Shown: in pieces, positions 21,772 through 35,465 of the stretch | How the letters are laid out: each line of letters starts with the position of its first letter | How positions within the stretch are numbered: position 1 is the first letter of the stretch | From: Mobula birostris | Taxonomy: Eukaryota | DNA: 64,000 bases | Assembly: GCF_030028105.1 (NCBI RefSeq) | Contig: NC_092398.1 | Span: 25,745,649 to 25,809,648 of the forward strand | Reading direction: 5' to 3' | Notes under the pieces: generated by a model | Told to the model about the DNA's origin: nothing | The model's input: the letters and a program-made list of their open reading frames with translations, nothing else | Database searches by the model: none | Made by a program: the position numbers and the translations under genes

Positions 21772-24700
21772 GCCCCTCCTCCCTCCGACTCACACCCCTC
21801 ACTCCGCCCCCCTCCTCCTCCGACTCACACCCCTCACTCCGCCCCCCTCCTCCCTCCGACTCACACCCCTCACTCCGCCCCCCTCCTCCCTCCGACTCAC
21901 ACCCCTCACTCCGCCCCCCTCCTCCCTCCGACTCACACCCCTCACTCCACCTCCCTCCGACTCACACCCCTCACTCCGCCCCCCTCCTCCCTCCGACTCA
22001 CACCCCTCACTCCACCCCCCTCCTCCCTCCGACTCACACCCCTCACTCCACCTCCCTCCGACTCACACCCCTCACTCCACCTCCCTCCGACTCACACCCC
22101 TCACTCCACCTCCCTCCGACTCACACCCTTCACTCCACCTCCCTCCGACTCACACCCCTCACTCCGCCCCCCTCCTCCCTCCGACTCACACCCCTCACTC
22201 CACCTCCCTCCGACTCACACCCCTCACTCCACCTCCCTCCGACTCACACCCCTCACTCCACCTCCCTCCGACTCACACCCCTCACTCCGCCCCCCTCCTC
22301 CCTCCGACTCACACCCCTCACTCCACTCCCTCCGACTCACACCCCTCACTCCACCTCCCTCCGACTCACACCCCTCACTCCACCTCCTCCGACTCACACC
22401 CCTCACTCCGCCCCCCTCCTCCCTCCGACTCACACCCCTCACTCCGCCCCCCTCCTCCCTCCGACTCACACCCCTCACTCCGCCCCCCTCCTCCCTCCGA
22501 CTCACACCCCTCACTCCACCTCCTCCTCCCTCCGACTCACACCCCTCACTCCACCCCCTCCTCCCTCCGACTCACACCCCTCACTCCACCCCCTCCTCCC
22601 TCCGACTCAGACCCCTCACTCCGCCCCCTCCTCCCTCCGACTCACACCCCTCACTCCGCCCCCCTCCTCCCTCCGACTCACACTCCTCACTCCACCTCCC
22701 TCCGACTCACACCCCTCACTCCACCCCCTCCTCCCTCCGACTCACACCCCTCACTCCAACTCCCTCCGACTCACACCCCTCACTCCACCCCCTCCTCCCT
22801 CCGACTCACACCCCTCACTCCGCCCCCCTCCTCCCTCCGACTCACACCCCTCACTCCAACTCCCTCCGACTCACACCCCTCACTCCACCCCCTCCTCCCT
22901 CCGACTCACACCCCTCACTCCACCTCCCTCCGACTCACACCCCTCACTCCACCCCCTCCTCCCTCTGACTCACACCCCTCACTCCAACTCCCTCCGACTC
23001 ACACCCCTCACTCCACCCCCTCCTCCCTCCGACTCACACCCCTCACTCCGCCCCCCTCCTCCCTCCGACTCACACCCCTCACTCCGCCCCCCTCCTCCCT
23101 CCGACTCACACCCCTCACTCCAACTCCCTCCGACTCACACCCCTCACTCCACCCCCTCCTCCCTCCGACTCACACCCCTCACTCCACCTCCCTCCGACTC
23201 ACACCCCTCACTCCACCCCCTCCTCCCTCCGACTCACACCCCTCACTCCAACTCCCTCCGACTCACACCCCTCACTCCACCCCCTCCTCCCTCCGACTCA
23301 CACCCCTCACTCCACCTCCCTCCGACTCACACCCCTCACTCCACCCCCTCCTCCCTCCGACTCACACCCCTCACTCCGCCCCCCTCCTCCCTCCGACTCA
23401 CACCCCTCACTCCACCTCCCTCCGACTCACACCCCTCACTCCACCCCCTCCTCCCTCCGACTCACACCCCTCACTCCACCCCCTCCTCCCTCCGACTCAC
23501 ACCCCTCACTCCGCCCCCCTCCTCCCTCCGACTCACACCCCTCACTCCGCCCCCCTCCGACTCACACCCCTCACTCCACCCCCTCCTCCCTCCGACTCAC
23601 ACCCCTCACTCCACCTCCCTCCGACTCACACCCCTCACTCCACCCCCTCCTCCCTCCGACTCACACCCCTCACTCCAACTCCCTCCGACTCACACCCCTC
23701 ACTCCACCCCCTCCTCCCTCCGACTCACACCCCTCACTCCGCCCCCCTCCTCCCTCCGACTCACACCCCTCACTCCAACTCCCTCCGACTCACACCCCTC
23801 ACTCCACCCCCTCCTCCCTCCGACTCACACCCCTCACTCCACCTCCCTCCGACTCACACCCCTCACTCCACCCCCTCCTCCCTCCGACTCACACCCCTCA
23901 CTCCAACTCCCTCCGACTCACACCCCTCACTCCACCCCCTCCTCCCTCCGACTCACACCCCTCACTCCACCTCCCTCCGACTCACACCCCTCACTCCACC
24001 CCCTCCTCCCTCCGACTCACACCCCTCACTCCGCCCCCCTCCTCCCTCCGACTCACACCCCTCACTCCACCTCCCTCCGACTCACACCCCTCACTCCACC
24101 CCCTCCTCCCTCCGACTCACACCCCTCACTCCACCCCCTCCTCCCTCCGACTCACACCCCTCACTCCGCCCCCCTCCTCCCTCCGACTCACACCCCTCAC
24201 TCCGCCCCCCTCCTCCCTCCGACTCATACCCCTCACTCCGCCCCCCTCCTCCCTCCGACTCACACCCCTCACTCCACCTCCCTCCGACTCACACCCCTCA
24301 CTCCACCCCCTCCTCCCTCCGACTCACACCCCTCACTCCACCTCCCTCCGACTCACACCCCTCACTCCACCCCCTCCTCCCTCCGACTCACACCCCTCAC
24401 TCCGCCCCCCTCCTCCCTCCGACTCACACCCCTCACTCCGCCCCCCTCCTCCCTCCGACTCACACCCCTCACTCCGCCCCCCTCCTCCCTCCGACTCACA
24501 CCCCTCACTCCACCCCCTCCTCCCTCCAACTCACACCCCTCACTCCGCCCCCCTCCTCCCTCCGACTCACACCCCTCACTCCGCCCCCCTCCTCCCTCCG
24601 ACTCACACCCCTCACTCCACCTCCCTCCGACTCACACCCCTCACTCCACCCCCTCCTCCCTCCGACTCACACCCCTCACTCCACCTCCCTCCGACTCACA

Positions 24701-27700
24701 CCCCTCACTCCACCCCCTCCTCCCTCCGACTCACACCCCTCACTCCACCCCCCTCCTCCCTCCGACTCACACCCCTCACTCCGCCCCCCTCCTCCCTCCG
24801 ACTCACACCCCTCACTCCGCCCCCCTCCTCCCTCCGACTCACACCCCTCACTCCGCCCCCCTCCTCCCTCCGACTCACACCCCTCACTCCGCCCCCCTCC
24901 TCCCTCCGGCTCACACCCCTCACTCCACCTCCCTCCGACTCACACCCCTCACTCCACCCCCTCCTCCCTCCGACTCACACCCCTCACTCCACCTCCCTCC
25001 GACTCACACCCCTCACTCCACCCCCCTCCTCCCTCCGACTCACACCCCTCACTCCGCCCCCCTCCTCCCTCCGACTCACACCCCTCACTCCGCCCCCCTC
25101 CTCCCTCCGACTCACACCCCTCACTCCGCCCCCCTCCTCCCTCCGACTCACACCCCTCACTCCGCCCCCCTCCTCCCTCCGACTCACACCCCTCACTCCA
25201 CCTCCCTCCGACTCACACCCCTCACTCCACCCCCTCCTCCCTCCGACTCACACCCCTCACTCCACCTCCCTCCGACTCACACCCCTCACTCCACCCCCCT
25301 CCTCCCTCCGACTCACACCCCTCACTCCACCCCCCTCCTCCCTCCGACTCACACCCCTCACTCCGCCCCCCTCCTCCCTCCGACTCACACCCCTCACTCC
25401 GCCCCCCTCCTCCCTCCGACTCACACCCCTCACTCCGCTCCCTCCGACTCACACCCCTCACTCCGCTCCCTCCGACTCACACCCCTCACTCCGCCCCCCT
25501 CCTCCCTCCGACTCACACCCCTCACTCCGCCCCCCTCCTCCCTCCGACTCACACCCCTCACTCCGCCCCCCTCCTCCCTCCGACTCACACCCCTCACTCC
25601 GCCCCCCTCCTCCCTCCGACTCACACCCCTCACTCCGCCCCCCTCCTCCCTCCGACTCACACCCCTCACTCCGCCCCCCTCCTCCCTCCGACTCACACCC
25701 CTCACTCCGCCCCCCTCCTCCCTCCGACTCACACCCCTCACTCCGCCCCCCTCCTCCCTCCGACTCACACCCCTCACTCCGCCCCCCTCCTCCCTCCGAC
25801 TCACACCCCTCACTCCGCCCCCCTCCTCCCTCCGACTCACACCCCTCACTCCGCCCCCTCCTCCCTCCGACTCACGCCCTTCACTCCACCTCCCTCCTCC
25901 CTCCGACTCACACCCCTCACTCCACCCCCCTCCTCCCTCCGACTCACACCCCTCACTCCACCCCCCTCCTCCCTCCGACTCACACCCCTCACTCCACCCC
26001 CTCCTCCCTCCGACTCACACCCCTCACTCCGCTCCCTCCGACTCACACCCCTCACTCCACCCCCCTCCTCCCTCCGACTCACACCCCTCACTCCACCCCC
26101 CTCCTCCCTCCGACTCACACCCCTCACTCCGCCCCCCTCCTCCCTCCGACTCACAACCCTCACTCCACCTCCCTCTGACTCACACCCCTCACTCCACCCC
26201 CCTCCTCCCTCCGACTCACACCCCTCACTCCGCCCCCCTTCTCCCTCCGACTCAGACCCCTCACTCCGCCCCCCTCCTCCCTCCGACTCACACCCCTCAC
26301 TCCGCCCCCCTCCTCCCTCCGACTCACACCCCTTACTCCACCCCCTCCTCCCTCCGACTCACACCCCTCACTCCACCTCCCTCCGACTCACACCCCTCAC
26401 TCCACCCCCCCTCCTCCCTCCGACTCACACCCCTCACTCCGCCCCCCTCCACCCTCCGACTCACACCCCTCACTCCGCCCCCCTCCTCCCTCCGACTCAC
26501 ACCCCTCACTCCGCCCCCCTCCTCCCTCCGACTCACACCCCTCACTCCGCCCCCCTCCTCCCTCCGACTCACACCCCTCACTCCGCCCCCTCCTCCCTCC
26601 GACTCACACCCCTCACTCCACCCCCCTCCTCCCTCCGACTCACACCCCTCACTCCACCCCCCTCCTCCCTCCGACTCACACCCCTCACTCCGCTCCCTCC
26701 GACTCACACCCCTCACTCCACCCCCCTCCTCCCTCCGACTCACACCCCTCACTCCACCCCCCTCCTCCCTCCGACTCACACCCCTCACGCCGCCCCCCCT
26801 CCTCCCTCCGACTCACAACCCTCACTCCGACTCACACCCCTCACTCCGCCCCCCTCCTCCCTCCGACTCACACCCCTCACTCCGCCCCCCTCCTCCCTCC
26901 GACTCACACCCCTCACTACGCCCCCCTCCTCCCTCCGACTCAGACCCCTCACTCCGCCCCCCTCCTCCCTCCGACTCACACCCCTCACTCCGCCCCCCTC
27001 CTCCCTCCGACTCACACCCCTCACTCCACCCCCTCCTCCCTCCGACTCACACCCCTCACTCCACCTCCCTCCTCCCTCCGACTCACACCCCTCACTCCGC
27101 CCCCGCCTCCCTCCGACTCACACCCCTCACTCCGCCCCCCTCCTCCCTCCGACTCACACCCCTCACTCCGCCCCTCTCCTCCCTCCGACTCACACCCCTC
27201 ACTCCGCCCCCCTCCTCCCTCCGACTCACACCCCTCACTCCGCCCCCCTCCTCCCTCCGACTCACAACCCTCACTCCAACTCCCTCCGACTCACACCCCT
27301 CACTCCACCCCCCTCCTCCCTCCGACTCACACCCCTCACTCCGCCCCCCTTCTCCCTCCGACTCAGACCCCTCACTCCGCCCCCCTCCTCCCTCCGACTC
27401 ACACCCCTCACTCCGCCCCCCTCCTCCCTCCGACTCACACCCCTCACTCCACCCCCCTCCTCCCTCCGACTCACAACCCTCACTCCACCTCCCTCCGACT
27501 CACACCCCTCACTCCACCTCCCTCCGACTCACACCCCTCACTCCACCCCCCTCCTCCCTCTGACTCACACCCCTCACTCCACCTCCCTCCTCCCTCCGAC
27601 TCACACCCCTCACTCCACCTCCCTCCGACTCACACCCCTCACTCCACCTCCCTCCTCCCTCCGACTCACACCCCTCACTCCACCCCCCTCCTCCCTCCGA

Positions 27701-30150
27701 CTCACACCCCTCACTCCACCCCCTTCCTCCCTCCGACTCACACCCCTCACTCCGCCCCCCTCCTCCCTCCGACTCACACCCCTCACTCCGCCCCCCTCCT
27801 CCCTCCGACTCACACCCCTCACTCCGCCCCCCTCCTCCCTCCGACTCACACCCCTCACTCCGCCCCCTCCTCCCTCCGACTCACACCCCTCACTCCACCC
27901 CCCTCCTCCCTCCGACTCACACCCCTCACTCCACCCCCTTCCTCCCTCCGAATCACACCCCTCACTCCGCCCCCCTCCTCCCTCCGACTCACACCCCTCG
28001 CTCCACCCCCCTCCTCCCTCCGACTCACACCCCTCACTCCACCCCCCTCCTCCCTCCGACTCACACCCCTCGCTCCGCCCCCCTCCTCCCTCCGACTCAC
28101 ACCCCTCACTCCACCCCCCTCCTCCCTCCGACTCACACCCCTCACTCCACCCCCCTCCTCCCTCCGACTCACACCCCTCACTCCACCCCCTTCCTCCCTC
28201 CGACTCACACCCCTCACTCCACCCCCCTCCTCCCTCCGACTCACACCCCTCACTCCACCCCCCTCCTCCCTCCGACTCACACCCCTCACTCCACCCCCCC
28301 CTCCCTCCGACTCACAACCCTCACTCCACCCCCCTCCTCCCTCCGACTCACACCCCTCACTCCACCCCCTCCTCCCTCCGACTCACACCCCTCACTCCAC
28401 CCCCTCCTCCCTCTGACTCACACCCCTCACTCCACCCCCCTCCTCCCTCCGACTCACACCCCTCACTCCACCCCCCTCCTCCCTCCGACTCACAACCCTC
28501 ACTCCACCTCCCTCCGACTCACACCCCTCACTCCACCTCCCTCCGACTCACACCCCTCACTCCGCCCCCTCCTCCCTCCGACTCACACCCCTCACTCCAC
28601 CCCCCTCCTCCCTCCGACTCACAACCCTCACTCCACCCCCCTCCTCCCTCCGACTCACAACCCTCACTCCACCCCCTCCTCCCTCCGACTCACACCCCTC
28701 ACTCCACCCCCCTCCTCCCTCCGACTCACAACCCTCACTCCACCCCCCTACTCCCTCCGACTCACACCCCTCACTCCACCTCCCTCCGACTCACACCCCT
28801 CACTCCACCCCCCTCCTCCCTCCGACTCACACCCCTCACTCCACCCCCCTCCTCCCTCCGACTCACACCCCTCACTCCACCCCCCTCCTCCCTCCGACTC
28901 ACACCCCTCACTCCACCCCCCTCCTCCCTCCGACTCACACCCCTCACTCCACCTCCCTCCGACTCACACCCCTCACTCCACCCCCCTCCGACTCACACCC
29001 CTCACTCCACCCCCTCCTCCCTCTGACTCACACCCCTCACTCCACCCCCCTCCTCCCTCCGACGCACACCCCTCACTCCACCCCCCTCTTCCCTCCGACT
29101 CACACCCCTCACTCCACCCCCCTCCTCCCTCCGACTCACAACCCTCACTCCACCTCCCTCCGACTCACACCCCTGACTCCGCCCCCTCCTCCCTCCGACT
29201 CACACCCCTCACTCCACCCCCCTCCTCCCTCCGACTCACAACCCTCACTCCACCCCCTCATCCCTCCGACTCACACCCCTCACTCCACCCCCTCCTCCCT
29301 CTGACTCACACCCCTCACTCCACCCCCCTCCTCCCTCCGACGCACACCCCTCACTCCACCCCCCTCCTCCCTCCGACTCACAACCCTCACTCCACCTCCC
29401 TCCGACTCACACCCCTGACTCCGCCCCCTCCTCCCTCCGACTCACACCCCTCACTCCACCCCCCTCCTCCCTCCGACTCACAACCCTCACTCCACCCCCT
29501 CATCCCTCCGACTCACACCCCTCACTCCACCCCCCTCCTCCCTCCGACTCACACCCCTCACTCCACCCCCCTACTCCCTCCGACTCACACCCCTCACTCC
29601 ACCTCCCTCCGACTCACACCCCTCACTCCACCCCCCTCCTCCCTCCGACTCACACCCCTCACTCCACCCCCCTCCTCCCTCCGACTCACAACCCTCACTC
29701 CACCTCCCTCCGACTCACACCCCTCACTCCACCTCCCTCCGACTCACACCCCTCACTCCACCCCTCACTCCACCTCCCTCCGACTCACACCCCTCACTCC
29801 ACCTCCCTCCGACTCACACCCCTCACTCCGCCCCCTCCTCCCTCCGACTCACACCCCTCACTCCACCCCCTCCTCCCTTCGACTCACACCCCTCACTCCA
29901 CCCCCCTCCTCCCTCCGACTCACACCCCTCACTCCGCCCCCTCCTCCCTCCGACTCACACTCCTCACTCCGCTTCTCTCCTCCCTCCGACTCACACCCCT
30001 CACTCCAACCCCTCCTCCCTCCGACTCACACCCCTCACTCCGACACACACACTTCACTCAGCCCCCCTCCTCCCTCCGACATAAGCTCCTCGCTCGGCCC
30101 CCCTCCTTTGACATACAACCCTCACTCCACTCACCTCCGACACACGCCCC
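21772..30150. repeat. 8.4 kb minisatellite, 36/35/29-bp unit variants
   Basis: Core unit CCGACTCACACCCCTCACTCC(G/A)CCCCCCTCCTCCCT; short variant CCGACTCACACCCCTCACTCCACCTCCCT; degenerate right edge. Confidence 0.97.
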
Positions 30151-30377
30151 TCACTAAAAGCAACATTTTGAACAACAGTCGAAAATTAGGCATGTTTAAT
30201 TGTGGGTGGAGGGATTGTTGAGGGATGGGGTACACAGTCGGTACACCGCAGGCTGCAGAGACAGAGACCATTAAAGCACGCTGTAAACTGATCTCACGGG
30301 GGAAGGGAGGGTAGGACGGAAAGGTGGAGGCAGGTTGGGACGGGGTGGCGAGGATGGGTTAGGACGGACGGCTTCCC

Positions 30378-31270
30378 TCAGGCGGGTGCGCTGTGTTTGT
30401 GCTCCAGGGACTCGAACTCCGGGCTCGGTGGCTCCTGCGTCCTTCGCAGCCGCTCCTTCACTTGAACGAACTCGGGCGCTCCCTCCGCTGCCGCCCGGGC
30501 CGCCAACTCCAGTCTCAGCAGCTGCGGGGAGGGAGAGGAGAGAAAGCTGTCACTCAGGGGAGACCCACCCTGACAAGCCACGCCCACCTAATGACACACC
30601 CTTTCGCATCAAGACCCACCCACAGACAAGCGATGCCACACCCTCCCTTGTGTCCCTTCCCCGCCCCTCATCGCCTGGCCCTGCCCCCCCTCTGCAAGGC
30701 CCGCCCCCAATCCCTTGCCCCACCCCCTGTGTGGCCCCACCCCCTCACCACAAGGCCCCACTCCTCATTCCTGAGCCCCTCTGCCTCACCTCCTCTTTCT
30801 TCTGTTGCCTCCTGAGGAACTCTCGCTGGAGTGGGGAGTGTCCCAGGGGCTCATCCTGCGCCCTGCGCTGTTCCCGCTGTTCCAGAACCTTCTGCAGCTC
30901 CGTCTTGCTGGCCAAGCCCCTTGGGGACGGGGAAGAGTTTGTTAGTAGGTGTGAGTGGTTCAGGGGTTGGGAATGGTAACTACCCACACCTCCCCTCCCA
31001 TCCCCATCAACCCCTCCCCCCACCCCCACCCCCCCTTTGCAATCCCCTCCTGCCCATCAACCCCTCCCCTGCACACACTTCACCACTTCCCCTTCTCTCC
31101 TCACACATATCCTCACCCTGCCCCTCCTCCCTACATTCCTACCCCCATCACTTCCCCCAACATTTCCCTCCCCCTTCCGCGCCCCCTCACCTGCGGTGGG
31201 CAAGGCGCAGTTCGCGGTGCAGGTCCTGGTGAGTCCAAGCTGCCTTCACCGGGCCCAGGGCCGGGAGCAT
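30378..31270 (-). CDS. FAM107-family (DRR1/HITS-like) protein, divergent paralog, about 117 aa from first in-frame ATG
   Basis: Exons 31191-31270 (exon acceptor at 31299; MLPALGPVKAAWTHQDLHRELRLAHR), 30790-30919 (RGLASKTELQKVLEQRE..LQREFLRRQQKKEE) and 30378-30521 (LLRLE..APEFVQVKERLRRT..stop). These match FAM107 motifs PVK..HQDLHRELL, KPELQKV, LL.RQQKLE and PEFVKVK.NLRRT. ATTAAA at 30195-30200 (minus). The true start codon is uncertain. Confidence 0.85.
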
Positions 31271-31804
31271 CCTCTTCCCTGAGTCCCTTGGCTGCAGCCC
31301 TGGGGAACACCAGCCTTTAGTGTGGTCGTGACTGCCAATGCTCCTCCAACCCTTCCACCTCCCCCCCTCCGTCCACAGTCCCTCACTACCCTAACTCCGA
31401 GTATTAACCCCCCCCCATGCTCCCTCAATTGCTCCATGGAGTTTCCCTCAGGCCAAGGGACTCTCATCATCTTATCCCCTTGAATATTTCCAAGGGAAAC
31501 CACTCCACTGTGCCCCCTCAATCCCTCTAGGCTCCCTCAATTCCACCAAGTGATCCTTATCTTCTTCCTTCCACTTTGCTCCCTCTAGACTCCCCCTTTT
31601 CTAGGTTCCCTCAACTCCTCTAAGGTGTCCACTTCCCCTATGCTCCCTGATTTTTTTTTTGAAAGGACTCCCTCCTCTACGCTGTCAATCCTTCTGAGGG
31701 ATCTCCCCCCCCCCCCGGCTCCCTCACTTTCCAAGCACTCCCGCTCTACTGTGCTCCTCCTGTTCTTTCTCCCTGTGGACTGAGAAACGCAGCTAGAGTT
31801 CAAA

Positions 31805-33790
31805 CTTTAAGGGTGTGAAGTGATTAACTTTGGGAGACAGAATTAGAAGGCAGAATACGGGATTGAGGGCAGCGTGGAGGATCAGGGTCCTGGGGTCCAT
31901 GTCCATGGATTTCTCTAAGTTGCCGGGCAAGCTGATAGGGCCGTTAAGATGATGTGTGGTGTGTTGGCCTACAATAGTCAGGGGATTGAGTTCAAGAGCC
32001 GTGAGGTAATGTTTCAGCTCTATAAAACCCTAGTCAGACCACACTTGGGAGTATTGTGTTCAGTTCTGGTCACCTCACCATAGGAAGGGTGTGGAGAGGG
32101 TGCAGAGGAGATTTACTAGGATGCTGTCTGGATTAGAGAGCATGTCTTCTGGACAAAGGTGGAGTGAACTAGGGCTTTTCACTTTAGAATGAAGGAGGAT
32201 GAGAGGTGACTAGATAGAGGTGTAGAAGATGATACAAGGCACTTAACCACACATTGCTCTGCGACGACACCAGTGCCAATCTGTATGGGTCCTAGTGCCC
32301 TTCCCTTGGACAACATCGGTGGTGTGGAGAGGGGAGACTTGCAGCATAGGCAACTGCCAGTCTTCCATACAACCTTGCCCAGGCCTGTGCCCTGGAAACC
32401 TTCCAAGGTGCAAATCCATGGTCTCACAAGACTAACGGATGCCTATATATAAACATGATGATAAGAGACAGAGATAGGGTGGACAGTCATAGACATTTTC
32501 CCAAGGTGAAAGAGGCTAATACGAGGAAGCACAATTTTATGGAGATTGGAGGAAAGTGTAGGGGGGAATACAAGAGGTAAGTTGCCTTATGCAGAGACTG
32601 GTGAGTGCACGGAATGCATTTCGAGGGGCAGTGGTAGAGGCAGATATGTTTGGGACATTTAAGAAACTCTTAGATAGGCTCAAGGATGATGGATAAATGG
32701 AAGGAAGGGTTAAATTGATTGTAGAGTGGGTTAAAGGGTCAGCACAACATTGTGGGCTGAAGGGCCTGTACTGTTCTCATTCACTATTCTGAGTTCACAC
32801 CCACCTCAGAGCTGCTCCTCCCCAACCCCATTCACAGAGAGCACGGCCGAGCTCCCACTTCTACCCCCATCCCTCCACCGACCCCTCCCTTTAACTTCAG
32901 CTGAACTTTAACCCATGGAACGCCAGAGGCTGAGGGGAGACCTGGGAGATGTGTTTAAGATATTGAGAGGCAAAGGTAACAGTAGAAACTTTTTCTTTGC
33001 CGAGTACAGAGGGGCAGTACATGGCGTAACACCATTAGAGCGCCAGCGACTCGGGTTCAACTCCGCCGCTCTCCGTAAGGAGTTTGTACGTTCTCCCTGT
33101 CGCCGTGTGGGCTTACCCCTGGAAACCCCGGTTCCCCTCCCACATTCCAAAGATGTACAACTTGGGTTAGTAAGTTGTGAGCATGCTATGTTGGTGCCAA
33201 GTATATTTAAATCAGAGGTTGATATGCTCTGTAATAGGGAGGGACAGAGGGGAGAGTATATAAAGCATTGATCAGATCACACTTGGGAGTACTGTAAGCA
33301 ATTTGGGATCCTTATCTAAGAAATCATGTGCTGGCATTGGAGCAGGGTCCAGAGGTTCACAAGAATGGTTCTGGGAATGAAAGGGTTAACATACGAGGAG
33401 CACTGATGACTCTGGGCCTGTACTCGCTGGAGTTTAGAAGAACGAGCGGGGGGCTCCCTCAAATATTGAAAGGTCTAGATAGAGTGGATGCAGAATGGGT
33501 GTTTCCTGTAGTGGGGGAGTCTAGGACCGGAGGGCACAGCCTCAGAATACAAGGACATCCATTTAAATCAGAGATGAGAAGGAATTTCTTTAGGCGAAGG
33601 GTAGTGGATCTGTGGAATTCATTGCCACAGATGGCTGTGGAGGCCAAGTCGCCGGGAGGTTCGTCAGGGTGGTGAAGCCATTGAGAAAGTAAGAGAATGG
33701 GTTGAGAGGGACAATATATCAGCCAATGATAGAATTGCAGCACAGACTCAAAGGGCAAATTGTCTAATTCTACTCCTATGTCCTATGGAC
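31805..33790 (+). mobile_element. Cluster of CR1 fragments with nested SINEs
   Basis: CR1 C-terminal motifs ([34 protein letters not shown]); tRNA-SINE remnant at 32235-32445 and V-SINE at 33010-33200. Confidence 0.75.
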
Positions 33791-34511
33791 GCTTGTGGAC
33801 TGCCCCCCTTCCCCCAGCAAAACAAAAAATGAACCCAACTCATGCCAGGCAAAATCTTTCACAAACAAGAAAATCTGCAGATGCTGGAAATCCAAGCAAC
33901 TCACAAAAATGCTGGAGGAGCTCAGCAGGCCAGGCAGCATCTCTGGAAAAGAGTACAGTCAACGTTTCAGGCAGAGACTCTACTCATTCCCATAGACGCT
34001 GCCTGGCCTGCTGAGTTCCTCCAGCACTTTGTGTTGCCAGGCAAAGGCTTTCCTTCTCGACCCTGGTGTGCCCAGCAGTTTGCCAGCTGAGATGCTCAGA
34101 GGAATCAGTTGACCTGCTGGGCCCTATTAATATTGACAAGATCAAAGGCTCTGGCGTAGCCTGCAGTCTGCCTTCTGACCGTCTTGGGTAACCGTAGCAG
34201 TGAGTGTAACGCTTTAAACCGCCAGCAAACTCCGCCGCTGCCTGTAAGGAGTGTGTACGTTCTCCCCTGTGTGGGTTTCCTCCGGGTGCTCCCGTGTCCT
34301 CCCACGTTCCAGAGACGCAGAGGGTGAGTGAACTGTGAGCACCAGAAGTGCGGTGACATTTGTGGGCAGCTCCCCCAGCGCCAGAACAATCCTCAGACTG
34401 CGCTGGTTGTTGCCACAAGCAAGGCATTTCACTCTATGTTCTGATGCACCTGTGACGAACAATTCCCTCAGTTCCTTCTGTGCCTCCCTCTGAGTACTCG
34501 AGGGACCTTAC

Positions 34512-35170
34512 TCCACTCAGCAGCTCTGGATGAATAAACACCTCCTCAGCTGTGACCTTTGGGCGCCCATCAGCCCGATTCTGAACCCTCGCCCTCCGAA
34601 CGTCCCCAACGGGGGTCGGGGAGCACGAGGCCAACACCTAACCCGGCGAGACCCGCGGAAAGTTCCTGCATCGCTGACCTCCGGGGGAAACCCTTCTTCC
34701 CGGCCCTGGATTCGGTCCGGCGAATCCTCGGTCTGCACCTCCCGTCGCGAACGCTCCGCTCGTTTGGTGGGAAGGCCAGACCGATAGCCACGATACCCAC
34801 CGAGAGTTTTGGCAACCCCCCTCCCTCGCCTCTGGTAAAAGAATTTCCCACACATCCACTCATTCCTGTTCCCCTGTACAAAGTGGAACAGGGGCTGGGG
34901 ATGAGGGAGGGGAGGAAGGTTGGGTGGGTGGGGGGGGATGTCGCACCCTGGGCAGATTTCCCGTGGGATAGGAGCCTACCGTGCACGGGGAGGTCCAGCG
35001 AGCGGCGGTGGATGTGGATCTGTGCTGAAGCAGGAGCCGGAGACGGGCACATTACCTGCGGCAGGCAGAGGCAGGGGCTCAGATTTCAGCTCAAGCCATC
35101 CATTATTGATCGAGGCGGCTGTGAGCAGATCCACTGTCTGCAGACTCCCTCGATCCAGACCGCAGCCAAC
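34512..35170 (-). other. Putative 5' non-coding exons of the FAM107-like gene (about 35056-35170 and 34512-34831)
   Basis: CpG-rich unique sequence. Donor CAG|GTAATG at 35056, acceptor TTCTTTTACCAG| at 34831, donor GGA|GTAAGG at 34512. I found no open frame joining in phase with the 31299 acceptor. Confidence 0.4.
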
Positions 35171-35459
35171 ACTGGCACACGCAGAGCGGCTGTGCTCGCA
35201 TGCCTGTGCGCTTGTTTGCACGCGTATATGTGTGTGTGTGTGTGTTTGCGTGTTCATTTGTACACGTTTTGCATATTTGCATGCGTGTTTGGGCACATGT
35301 TAAATATTTAAGTGTGCTTGTTATAAATTTAAGAGTGCATTTGTGTGTGTGTGTGTGTGTGTGTGAGAGAAAGCTGCAAGCACATACATCAATGCATGTC
35401 TGAATGGTTATATGATTCAACAAAAGAGTAATACATTAACGTGCTTCACTATAAAACAA

Positions 35460-35465
35460 TTTATT
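35460..35465 (-). terminator. FAM3A polyadenylation signal AATAAA
   Basis: First TTTATT (plus) downstream of the FAM3A stop, in an AT-rich patch about 700 nt from the stop. Confidence 0.65.

Noticed and set aside
21714-27563. 1949-aa Pro/Ser/Thr/His-rich ORF (mucin- or extensin-like)
   Set aside because: It is a translation of the C-rich minisatellite strand, which lacks stop codons in all frames. It starts at GTG, drifts among repeat frames through 29/35-bp units, and has no signal peptide.
21772-30150. CCTCCCT as a PRDM9 hotspot motif
   Set aside because: That motif is specific to human PRDM9 alleles and cannot be transferred to this species.
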